Assembly (NCBI GenBank): GCA_023435925.1
Contig: JAEZLF010000135.1
Span: 6,768-70,767, forward strand
Origin: Bacillota bacterium
GTDB taxonomy: Bacteria > Bacillota > Clostridia > Acetivibrionales > DTU013
Direction of reading: 5' to 3'
DNA length: 64,000 bases
Part shown: in pieces, positions 28,347-37,230 of the stretch
How the letters are laid out: the number at the start of each line of letters is the position of its first letter
Numbering within the stretch: position 1 is the stretch's first letter
Notes under the pieces: model-generated
Databases searched by the model: none
Told to the model about the DNA's origin: nothing
What the model saw: the letters and a program-made list of their open reading frames with translations, nothing else
Made by a program: the position numbers and the translations under genes

Positions 28347-29099
28347 ATGATGCAAAGGTATGGATTGGCGCTTTTTACAATAAGAGAGGCAATGGCGCAG
28401 AATTGGAGAAAAACGCTTGAAAAGGTTGCTGATATGGGATACCGTGCAGTAGAGTTTGCCGGTTTCGGCGGTGTTGATCCCAAAGAACTGAAGAAAGCAG
28501 TTGAGGAGCTTGGGCTTGAGGCTCCGAGTAATCATAGCATCGGATTTGAAAACTTGGAGAAGGATCTCAGGTATACTTATGAAAAGGATGCCGAGCTTGG
28601 AGTGCGATTCTGCGTATGCCCTTGCGGTAAAAGCTTTACCCGTGACGAATATTTACGTGCTGCAGAACTGCTTAACCGTCAGGGAGAGACTGCCAAACAA
28701 TTTGGTCTTCAGCTTCTATATCACAATCATGCCCGGGAATTCACAAGCTTTGACGGGCAATACGGGCTTGATATTATTTTTGAAAATACTGATCCTGCGC
28801 TGGTGCAGGCTGAGATAGATACATATTGGGTGGCCTATTCCGGTGTAGATACCGTATCCTATCTTAAAAAGTATGCAGGAAGGTTGCCTCTTATTCATCT
28901 TAAGGATTTGAGCATTCATCAGGGAGAGAAAATCTACAGCGAATTAGGCGAAGGATGTCTGGATATACCATCTTTCCTTCATGCGGCAGAAGAATGCGGA
29001 ACACTTTACAGTATGGTCGAACAGGACGCATGTCTGCGTGACCCCATGGATAGCATATCCATCAGCATGAGCTACCTGAGGCGGATGGAGGAAAAATAA
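28347..29099 (+). CDS. sugar phosphate isomerase/epimerase-like protein (xylose-isomerase-type TIM barrel)
   Basis: 250 aa with the family pattern GYRAVEF...LLYHNH..E.....IDTYW......HLKD. Confidence 0.75.
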   Translation: MMQRYGLALFTIREAMAQNWRKTLEKVADMGYRAVEFAGFGGVDPKELKKAVEELGLEAPSNHSIGFENLEKDLRYTYEKDAELGVRFCVCPCGKSFTRDEYLRAAELLNRQGETAKQFGLQLLYHNHAREFTSFDGQYGLDIIFENTDPALVQAEIDTYWVAYSGVDTVSYLKKYAGRLPLIHLKDLSIHQGEKIYSELGEGCLDIPSFLHAAEECGTLYSMVEQDACLRDPMDSISISMSYLRRMEEK

Positions 29100-29125
29100 T
29101 GAAAGGGAATAAACGGTAAATTTGA

Positions 29126-30754
29126 ATGTATAAAGTGCTTTTAGTTCAACCGAATAATGATAAAAATGCTTCAAACAGTGCCGCTTCACTGCAGTCGGCC
29201 ATACGACGTGATGGGAGATTTACATGCAGGACTGCGGACCTATCTAGTTTTGGAAACAGCATGGATGCTGATGTTGACGTGATCCTTCTCAACTCTTTTG
29301 GCCAAAATGTTGAGTTGACAGATAAGCAAAAGATGGATTTTACTCAATGGGTTGAAAAGGGAGGGGTTTTGATTTGCTGCAACCGTTCCTTGAACATCAT
29401 ATGTGATGTTGCAGGTGTGAATGCGGATATATACAAGGTTGACGATGCAGGGGTCATGGAATGGATATCCAATGGGAGGGAGGAATTGACAGGTAATCTC
29501 CCGGGAATGTCTTTAAATGATTCCAACTATCTGATAAATCTTGATAAAAATACAGAAGGTATAGAAACACTTTATGAGAGCTGCTGGAGGATGAAACGGT
29601 ATCCTACGGTTTTTACCGTTGCAAGAGAACAGGGCCTTTGCATATATCTGGGAGCAGGACTGTCGGAATCGACATGGAAATCAGCTTCATTCGTCAAACT
29701 GGTGCTTCGTCTCGCAGCTTTCGGGTGCGGCTTTCACACAACGAAAAAACAGCTTAACTTTGGTATCCTGGGGTATGGCGGAGAATTCCGGATGGGACTG
29801 CTCCACTCCCAGTGGATCGACAGTGTGTCTGGACTCAGGACAGTAGCGGTGTGCGATAATGATCCATTAAGGATTCAGGCAGCGCGGCAGGAGCTTCCCG
29901 GACTTGAAGGATATTATACCGATTTGGATGATATGCTTAAAATGAAGGAAGTCGACGTAATCGTAAATATTCTGCCTCACCACCTGCACGCCCCGCTGTC
30001 TATGAAATGTCTTTTGGCGGGCAAGCATGTCATATGCGAAAAGCCGTTCTGTCTTAACCTCGACGAAGCAGACAAGATGATAGAATTAGCTGAAGAGAAA
30101 AACCTGATGCTTAGTATTTTTCATAATCGGCGCTGGGATTCCGACTATCTTACAATAAAGGAAATCATTCGTCAGGGACTGATCGGAGATATATTCCATA
30201 TAGAAGGATCCACGGGGGGGTTTAACCATCCGGGACATTCCTGGCGTTCTGACCCTGATATCAGCGGTGGAATCATGTATGATTTTGGATCGCATTTTGT
30301 TGATTGGATCCTGAATCTTGTTGATTCTCCCATTGAGCAGATTTTGGGCGATATGCAAAAAAGAGTGTGGCATTCCGTGGGGAACGCAGACTACGGCAGT
30401 GCATGGCTCCGTTTTGAAAACGGAGCAACGGCCAATCTCGAAGTATCAAACATCTCTGCCTGCAAAAGACCAAAATGGCGAATACTCGGAACAAAAGGCA
30501 GCATAGAGATTCCGGTAGGCGGGGAATTGATCATTCTGGTCAGCAATGTCAAGGGAATACGTCAGGAAACCAGAATGAAGGCATATACAAGTCCTGTGGC
30601 GGGTCTGTCTTATTATCAAAATATTGCCGGACACATGTTTTATGGTGACGCACTTGGCGTGACAGCACAGGACGGTAAAAGAGTGATTGGAGTTCTCCAG
30701 ACCATTCATGAAAGCTGGAAGCAGAAAAAGAGCTTGCCCCCGCTCGTCAGATAG
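29126..30754 (+). CDS. fusion of a ThuA-like domain with a Gfo/Idh/MocA oxidoreductase
   Basis: The N-terminal ~200 aa are ThuA-like (DVILLNS...LTDKQKMDFTQWVEKGGVLICCN, GLCIYLGAGLSESTW). The C-terminal ~330 aa carry the Rossmann motif GILGYGG and the VICEKP motif. Confidence 0.7.
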   Translation: MYKVLLVQPNNDKNASNSAASLQSAIRRDGRFTCRTADLSSFGNSMDADVDVILLNSFGQNVELTDKQKMDFTQWVEKGGVLICCNRSLNIICDVAGVNADIYKVDDAGVMEWISNGREELTGNLPGMSLNDSNYLINLDKNTEGIETLYESCWRMKRYPTVFTVAREQGLCIYLGAGLSESTWKSASFVKLVLRLAAFGCGFHTTKKQLNFGILGYGGEFRMGLLHSQWIDSVSGLRTVAVCDNDPLRIQAARQELPGLEGYYTDLDDMLKMKEVDVIVNILPHHLHAPLSMKCLLAGKHVICEKPFCLNLDEADKMIELAEEKNLMLSIFHNRRWDSDYLTIKEIIRQGLIGDIFHIEGSTGGFNHPGHSWRSDPDISGGIMYDFGSHFVDWILNLVDSPIEQILGDMQKRVWHSVGNADYGSAWLRFENGATANLEVSNISACKRPKWRILGTKGSIEIPVGGELIILVSNVKGIRQETRMKAYTSPVAGLSYYQNIAGHMFYGDALGVTAQDGKRVIGVLQTIHESWKQKKSLPPLVR

Positions 30755-30758
30755 AAGG

Positions 30759-33700
30759 ATGTTTGATGGGTTAAAAGCTTTGAATCAATATGACCGGATG
30801 TGGAAAATTGCTTTTAAAGGTGGTATTCAATTGCAGAATATTTTTGAGAAAATTAATCGAACCTGTAAAGATCTAAAGGAATTATTATTTGTTGATGATA
30901 ATTTTCAATGTGAGGTTGTATTTAAGCATGGTTGTTATTTGGATCCGACCCATGCGGAAAACGACGGACAGGAATGGGTGGTGTTCGCTCCAGGCCAATA
31001 CTGGGGTGGTCGGGATTGTCATGCTTGGTTCAGGACCTCGGTGCTCATACCGGACAAATTCAAAGGAAAGCCGGTTTGCCTTCAGGTTCTTACTTCACGA
31101 ACAGGGTGGGACGCCACCAATCCGCAATTCTTAATATTCGTAGATGGGGTTCCAACACAGGGTATGGATGTTCATCATACGGAATGTCTGCTGACCGAAT
31201 GTGCTGAACCAGGTCGGCGCTTCTGTATTGATTTACAGGCATACAGTGGGATGAGGGAAGAACCTTGCCTGCTGACACTTCGTCTTTTGGCAATCGATAG
31301 GGAAATTCAGGATATGTACTATAGTCTTTCGGTTCCTCTTGAGGTGGCGCAGCTTCTGCAGGACAATGACCCGCAGCGGTGTGACATGATGGCGGCCCTG
31401 GATAGAGCTTGTAATCATCTGGATTTCCGCTGCCCCCGCAGTGAGGAATTTTACCGTTCGCTGCGGAAGGCGAAGCAGATGCTGGAAGAAGAATTATATC
31501 AGCGGCTGGGCGGCTGGGATTTGACGGAAGCGGTCTGTACCGGGCATACGCATATTGATGTTGCATGGTTGTGGACGGTTGCACAGACACGGCAGAAGGC
31601 GGTTCGAAGTTTCGCAACGGTACTTAAATATATGGACGAGTATCCGGAATACCGGTTTATGTCCAGTCAACCGCAGCTTTATGAGTTTGTAAAGGAAGAC
31701 AACCCGGAGCTGTACCTGAGAATTAAGGAAAAAGTCCGTCAGGGACGCTGGGAAGCAGAAGGAGCCATGTGGGTAGAGGCTGATTGCAATGTTCCCTCCG
31801 GTGAGTCGTTGGTTCGCCAGATTCTTTACGGCGTCCGCTTCTTCATGCAGGAATTCGGCGTGCGCAGCCGTGTAGCATGGTTGCCGGATGTTTTCGGCTA
31901 TAACGCATCACTTCCTCAGATATTTAAAAAGTGCGGAATTGACTATTTCATGACAACAAAAATCAATTGGAATCAGTTTAATCGTTTACCAAACGATACC
32001 TTCTATTGGGAAGGCATTGACGGAAGCCGGGTGTTGACGCATTTGATTGTGACAAAGGATCCGGATTCAAAACGCCCATTTTTCAGCACTTATAATGGTT
32101 TAGCATGTCCAAAGGCTATTATGGGAGGCTGGGAACAATACCAGAACAAGGATATTAATAAAGATATTTTGGTTTCTTATGGGTATGGCGACGGCGGCGG
32201 CGGGCCGACAGTTGAGATGCTGGAAAACCTAAGAAGGATGAGCCGGGGACTTCCCGGATGTCCAAAGACACGTCAGGGATCGGTGCTTGATTTCTTCACG
32301 GGGCTTGAAGAGAAAATAAGAAGCTATCCTGACGCACCTAAATGGCGAGGAGAGCTTTATCTCGAATATCATCAGGGTACGTATACTTCGATGGCGAGGA
32401 ATAAACGAGCAAATCGCAGATGTGAAACGCTTCTGATGTGGGCGGAGATGTTCGGGGCAATCAACTCATATAATGCGGCGTACCCGCGGAGCGAGCTTGA
32501 ACGTGCCTGGAAGACTGTGCTGCTTAATCAGTTCCATGATATTCTCCCCGGAACCTCTATAGCCCAGGTATATGACGTGACGAAGCGGGAATACGAGGAT
32601 GTGGAACAGACAGTGGAGCGCCTTGTTGAAACCTCGCTTTCAGACATCAGCTCCCGCATATCCATAGAAAAGCCTTCACTTGTTGTGTTTAACAACCAGG
32701 GTTTTGAACGTTCCGGCATTGTTAGCTTCACCCTGCCGGAGGGATGGGACACGGTTAGTCTGGTTGATACCAGAACGGGAAACATTTTGGCATGCCAGAG
32801 AGACAGTATTGCCGGAAAATGTATTAGCTGGGTACCGCAGATTCCGTCTGTCGGATACCAGGTATTCGAACTGCAAAGAGCGCTGGGGGAGGAAAATAAT
32901 AAATCATTTGTTGCGAATAGCCACCTGTTGGAAAATGATTTTTATCGGATTACTTTCGATAATCGCGGGTTTCTTGCAAGTATTTTCGATAAAACAGCGG
33001 AACGTGAGGTGCTTCGTCCGGGTAGCTACGGGAATGTGATACAGGCGTTTGAAGATAGGCCCCGAAGCGGCGATAACTGGAATATTGAAATATTTTACAC
33101 GGATAAGATGTGGGAGATCGATGACGTTGCGGAGTTCGAAGTTTGCGAGATGGGGCCGGTGCGTTCGGGAGTATATCTGAAAAGGCGGTTCCTTGATTCC
33201 ATAATTGAGCAAAGAATCTACCTCTATCATAACGTGCCGCGTATTGATTTTGTTACGGATATTAACTGGAAACAGTCGCAGATTTTGCTTAAAGTACTTT
33301 TCCCGGTTGACCTTAACGCCGATCATGCAACCTATGATATCCAGTTTGGGAATATTACCAGACCGACGCATGTGAACACAAGCTGGGAGTTTGCTCAGTA
33401 CGAGGTCTGCGCGCACCGGTGGGCGGACATATCGGAATTTGACTATGGGGTGAGTCTTATGAACGATTGTAAATACGGGTATGACATAAGGGACGGGGAC
33501 ATGCGTCTTACCTTGCTCAAAAGCGGAATTTACCCTAATCCCAATACCGATCAGGAGAATCATCACTTTACATATTCAATTTTCCCTCATACCCAGGGAT
33601 GGCAGCAGGGTGGTACAGAGCAAATGGCAGCAGACCTGAACGATCCGATGCGAGCCGTTCTCAGGGAAGAGGGCAGTGGAAGCGGAGGGCTGTCGTCCAG

Positions 33701-33959
33701 CTTTTTGCGTATTGATCAGCATGGAATTTTTGTAGACTCCATAAAAATGAGTGAGGATGGCAGTGAAATGATTATCAGGGTACATGAGAACTGGAACAGA
33801 CACTGCCGGGCAACTATAAAATTTGAGTGGCCTTTGAGTTCTGCATCGGAATGTAATTTGATCGAAGAGGAACAGTTCAATGCTTATTGGACGGAAAATA
33901 CGCTTTCCTTTGACATGAGACCTTATGAAATCAAGACCTTTAAGCTTACGTTTTACTGA
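30759..33959 (+). CDS. GH38 alpha-mannosidase (copy 2)
   Basis: Motifs GHTHIDVAWLW, WLPDVFG, GYGDGGGGPT, FHDILPGTS. The start is uncertain: ATG 30759, or TTG 30831 preceded by AAAGGTGG. Confidence 0.9.
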   Translation: MFDGLKALNQYDRMWKIAFKGGIQLQNIFEKINRTCKDLKELLFVDDNFQCEVVFKHGCYLDPTHAENDGQEWVVFAPGQYWGGRDCHAWFRTSVLIPDKFKGKPVCLQVLTSRTGWDATNPQFLIFVDGVPTQGMDVHHTECLLTECAEPGRRFCIDLQAYSGMREEPCLLTLRLLAIDREIQDMYYSLSVPLEVAQLLQDNDPQRCDMMAALDRACNHLDFRCPRSEEFYRSLRKAKQMLEEELYQRLGGWDLTEAVCTGHTHIDVAWLWTVAQTRQKAVRSFATVLKYMDEYPEYRFMSSQPQLYEFVKEDNPELYLRIKEKVRQGRWEAEGAMWVEADCNVPSGESLVRQILYGVRFFMQEFGVRSRVAWLPDVFGYNASLPQIFKKCGIDYFMTTKINWNQFNRLPNDTFYWEGIDGSRVLTHLIVTKDPDSKRPFFSTYNGLACPKAIMGGWEQYQNKDINKDILVSYGYGDGGGGPTVEMLENLRRMSRGLPGCPKTRQGSVLDFFTGLEEKIRSYPDAPKWRGELYLEYHQGTYTSMARNKRANRRCETLLMWAEMFGAINSYNAAYPRSELERAWKTVLLNQFHDILPGTSIAQVYDVTKREYEDVEQTVERLVETSLSDISSRISIEKPSLVVFNNQGFERSGIVSFTLPEGWDTVSLVDTRTGNILACQRDSIAGKCISWVPQIPSVGYQVFELQRALGEENNKSFVANSHLLENDFYRITFDNRGFLASIFDKTAEREVLRPGSYGNVIQAFEDRPRSGDNWNIEIFYTDKMWEIDDVAEFEVCEMGPVRSGVYLKRRFLDSIIEQRIYLYHNVPRIDFVTDINWKQSQILLKVLFPVDLNADHATYDIQFGNITRPTHVNTSWEFAQYEVCAHRWADISEFDYGVSLMNDCKYGYDIRDGDMRLTLLKSGIYPNPNTDQENHHFTYSIFPHTQGWQQGGTEQMAADLNDPMRAVLREEGSGSGGLSSSFLRIDQHGIFVDSIKMSEDGSEMIIRVHENWNRHCRATIKFEWPLSSASECNLIEEEQFNAYWTENTLSFDMRPYEIKTFKLTFY

Positions 33960-33999
33960 GTGCCGGAGTGTAACTGGAAAAATACATGAGGAGGAGAAG

Positions 34000-36900
34000 A
34001 TGAATAATAGGATCTGCGAATGGGAGTTCATAGATAACAGACTTCAAATGCGTACGCAATCATTGAATATCCGTCTGTATTTCACAGATGAAAGGGTTTT
34101 ACGCCTGCAATGCACCAAACGGTCTGACGGGTCCGCCTGCGACATATCGATTCTCGATTCGCAGCCCGAACCCGTTGCAGTGCGATTTTATGAGGGAGAG
34201 GGCGAACTGCTCCTTTATTCAGAGAGCATTACAGCGAGAATTGGAATCTCGAATTTTTCCATCCGCGTTCAGACGAAGGATGGACGGGAGTTGTTTAAGA
34301 GCGCTGCTGAAAGGGCGCTGGAGACGGAAACAGGCGTGACGATCTTCCGTATGCATTACGGATCGGATGAGCGTATCTATGGCCTTGGACAGGATCCTAT
34401 GGCCAGGCTTGACCATAGAGACAATGAGCGCCGGATGTGGAATCGTACTGATCGCAGGCGACGCAGCGGGAATAACGGTATTCCGTTCTACAGTTCCAGC
34501 GCCGGATACGGTTTATTTCTGAATTCATATCTTCCTGCCCGCTTTGCGGTTGGACGGGCATATACGCCTGAAGCTCCAGAGCTCAGGACAGGTCCCGACG
34601 GAGAGGATCCAAATCCGGATCCGTGGCCGTATAATCAAAAAAATCCAGAAAGTCATCCGGATGAGATATCTGTGATTCACGATCATGATGGGCTGGATTT
34701 GTTTTTCTTATGTATGGAGCAGCTTGACGACATCCAGAGTAAATATTGCGAGCTGACAGGCCATGCTATTCTACTGCCTCGCTGGGCATTTGGACTGATT
34801 CAGAGCAAAAACCGTTATCGCAGCATGCAGGAGTTGATGATGATCGCAAAACGATACCGCGAAAAGGGAATACCTCTGGATTGTCTGGTCATCGACTGGC
34901 TCTGGTTCAAAGAGTTTGGCGATCTTTCATGGGATAATGAATTTTGGCCGGAGCCGGAAAAGGGAATAAAAGAGCTTGCTGAGCTCGGTATACGAGTGAT
35001 GCAGGCGCAGCATCCGTTTATTGACCGCCAGTCGATGAAATATCCGTCGATGCTGAAAAAAGGCTATTTAAGCCGTGTTCCGGAAAATTACCGTCCGACA
35101 TATGATTTCACAAATCCCGAGGCATCGGAGCACTGGTGGAACAATGAAGCTGCGCCGCTTTACAGAACAGGTATAAGGGCTTATTGGACAGATATGAGTG
35201 AGCCGGAGGATGACCATCCTCAGACAGGCTATTTCATTGGGGGGCGTGACAGGGCACACAACCAGTACGCCTTGCTGTGGAGTCGTGCTCTATATGAAGG
35301 ACAGCGAAGGGATTTTTCCGAGCGGGTCTTTATACTCTCCCGTGGCCTTTCTGCCGGAATTCAGCGATATGGGACTGCACACTGGTCCAATGATATTGAA
35401 GCAAGCTGGGAGGTGCTTCGGGATCAGGTGGTTATCGGACAAGGTGTCGCTTTGTCAGGACAGCTTTACTGGTGTACTGACATCGGAGGTTTTATGACTC
35501 TCGGTAACTTTTCATCCGAGCTTTATATACGCTGGATGCAGTGGGGTGTTTTTTGTACATTATTCCGTACACATGGCACTCGTGCAGATAATGAGCCGTG
35601 GTCTTTCGGAGAAGAAGCGGAGAGGATTATTTCCGAAACTATCCGTCTGCGGTATCGGCTTATGCCTTATATTTACAGCTGCATCCGCCAGGCTACTCTG
35701 GATGGAAGGCCGGTGCTCCGGGCTATGGCGCTGGATTTTCCCGATGATGATACAGCATGTGCGCAGACAGATCAGTATATGTTTGGACCATCGATTCTTG
35801 TCGCACCGGTTGTGGAGCATGGTGAGAGAAGTCGCAGACTGTATCTGCCGGAGGGATTATGGTATGATTTTTGGGAGGGTGTCGCATATGGAGGCGGCCG
35901 ATTTATAACGGTTCCGGCCCCTCTTGAGAGAATACCACTTTTTGTTAAGGCAGGGAGTATCATTCCCACGGTCAATCACCCTGTGCAGAATTCCATGGAG
36001 GTGCCCTGTGAGATCTTGTTGAAAGCATATCCAGGGGAAAAAGGCGCATTTTTACTTTACGAGGATGATGGGGTGAGTTATTCGTATGAAAACGGGGAGT
36101 ATGTACTTACCCGTATTGAAATGGACAGCGAAGGGAAGATATCGACAGAGGTCCTCCATCATGTGCCGGGGATTGTTCCCGAGAACAGGAAGTACTCAGT
36201 TGAACTGTCTTCCATTCCTTCTGAGGATAATCCCGAAATTTTTGTTGATAGTGATTTAACGGGTAATGGGATTTTAAATGTTTACCTCACCATTGTCGGG
36301 CATGGGAATGCCACTCAGAAAGCATCTGCCTCCGTTAAAATACCACAGGGTTGGGAAGGCCGGATGAAGGTGAAAGAAGCGGTATTAAATGATTTTTGTG
36401 TCTTGCATGCTGTCTTGCGTCCTGTTTCCGACTGCTTGCCGGTTCGCTTTCATAGTGAATTTCATCTGAAGCTGATATGCTCAGGAAGAGAAAAAATTAT
36501 GCAAATCCCCTTTAGTTATGGAAGCGGATTTGCAACACGCTTTCAGTTAATGGGGGATTTTGAAAACAAGGCCGGTATCAATACCGTAACGCCGGTAGAA
36601 GAAGATCAGGAGCTTCCGTTTTATGAGGCGGAAAGCCGGATGTTCTGGAATCGGAGGTATGAAGACGAATTTAATAGTATGGGATATGTGTACTGCTGGC
36701 GGAACAAGGTCGAGGAAGGTCCCCGGCCCGTGTCTTACGCCAGATGTACTGTGCTTTCGGATAATGAGAGGGAGGCGTATATCGAATGTTCGGGGGACAA
36801 CTCTCTTATGCTGTGGGTGAATAAAGAGCTTGTGTTTTCTTCAAGTTCCATTGTATACAGACAGGTCTTACAAAACCCGATCCGGCTTAAGGAAGGAGAA

Positions 36901-37029
36901 AATCTGATACTCATCAAGGTAGCCCAGAACCATCCGAAACCCTACAGTGGCCGGGAGCTTGGGTTTAGCTTCAGACTGGTGGACCGGAGCGGTAAACCAA
37001 TGGAGGATTTATTATATAATCCTAAATAA
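34000..37029 (+). CDS. GH31 alpha-glucosidase/alpha-xylosidase-family enzyme with a ~300-aa C-terminal extension
   Basis: Start at ATG 34000 after GAGGAGGAG. GH31 motifs IDWLWF, YWTDMSEPE (nucleophile region), HWSNDIEASW. Confidence 0.85.
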   Translation: MNNRICEWEFIDNRLQMRTQSLNIRLYFTDERVLRLQCTKRSDGSACDISILDSQPEPVAVRFYEGEGELLLYSESITARIGISNFSIRVQTKDGRELFKSAAERALETETGVTIFRMHYGSDERIYGLGQDPMARLDHRDNERRMWNRTDRRRRSGNNGIPFYSSSAGYGLFLNSYLPARFAVGRAYTPEAPELRTGPDGEDPNPDPWPYNQKNPESHPDEISVIHDHDGLDLFFLCMEQLDDIQSKYCELTGHAILLPRWAFGLIQSKNRYRSMQELMMIAKRYREKGIPLDCLVIDWLWFKEFGDLSWDNEFWPEPEKGIKELAELGIRVMQAQHPFIDRQSMKYPSMLKKGYLSRVPENYRPTYDFTNPEASEHWWNNEAAPLYRTGIRAYWTDMSEPEDDHPQTGYFIGGRDRAHNQYALLWSRALYEGQRRDFSERVFILSRGLSAGIQRYGTAHWSNDIEASWEVLRDQVVIGQGVALSGQLYWCTDIGGFMTLGNFSSELYIRWMQWGVFCTLFRTHGTRADNEPWSFGEEAERIISETIRLRYRLMPYIYSCIRQATLDGRPVLRAMALDFPDDDTACAQTDQYMFGPSILVAPVVEHGERSRRLYLPEGLWYDFWEGVAYGGGRFITVPAPLERIPLFVKAGSIIPTVNHPVQNSMEVPCEILLKAYPGEKGAFLLYEDDGVSYSYENGEYVLTRIEMDSEGKISTEVLHHVPGIVPENRKYSVELSSIPSEDNPEIFVDSDLTGNGILNVYLTIVGHGNATQKASASVKIPQGWEGRMKVKEAVLNDFCVLHAVLRPVSDCLPVRFHSEFHLKLICSGREKIMQIPFSYGSGFATRFQLMGDFENKAGINTVTPVEEDQELPFYEAESRMFWNRRYEDEFNSMGYVYCWRNKVEEGPRPVSYARCTVLSDNEREAYIECSGDNSLMLWVNKELVFSSSSIVYRQVLQNPIRLKEGENLILIKVAQNHPKPYSGRELGFSFRLVDRSGKPMEDLLYNPK

Positions 37030-37230
37030 CGAGGCGAAAGATGTCCCCCCGCTTCTATAAGTAGCGGGTACCGATTTGGTTTTCAGGCGGCGAGCATATC
37101 TCCCGCCCGATGCTTGCGACCAGCCTCGTTGAAACGCAGCAGCAGTAAGAAAATTTTTCTATAACCGAAAAATTTTCTTTGAACCGATGCGTTATAACGA
37201 AGCAGACAAAGGATTGGTTAGGAGGAAAAA

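Noticed and set aside
30687-30758. The ORF-track start of GH38-2 at 30687, overlapping the oxidoreductase gene by 68 nt.
   Set aside because: The extension encodes a basic, non-homologous peptide and has no RBS. Starts at 30759 or TTG 30831 fit better with the aligned N-terminus of GH38-1.
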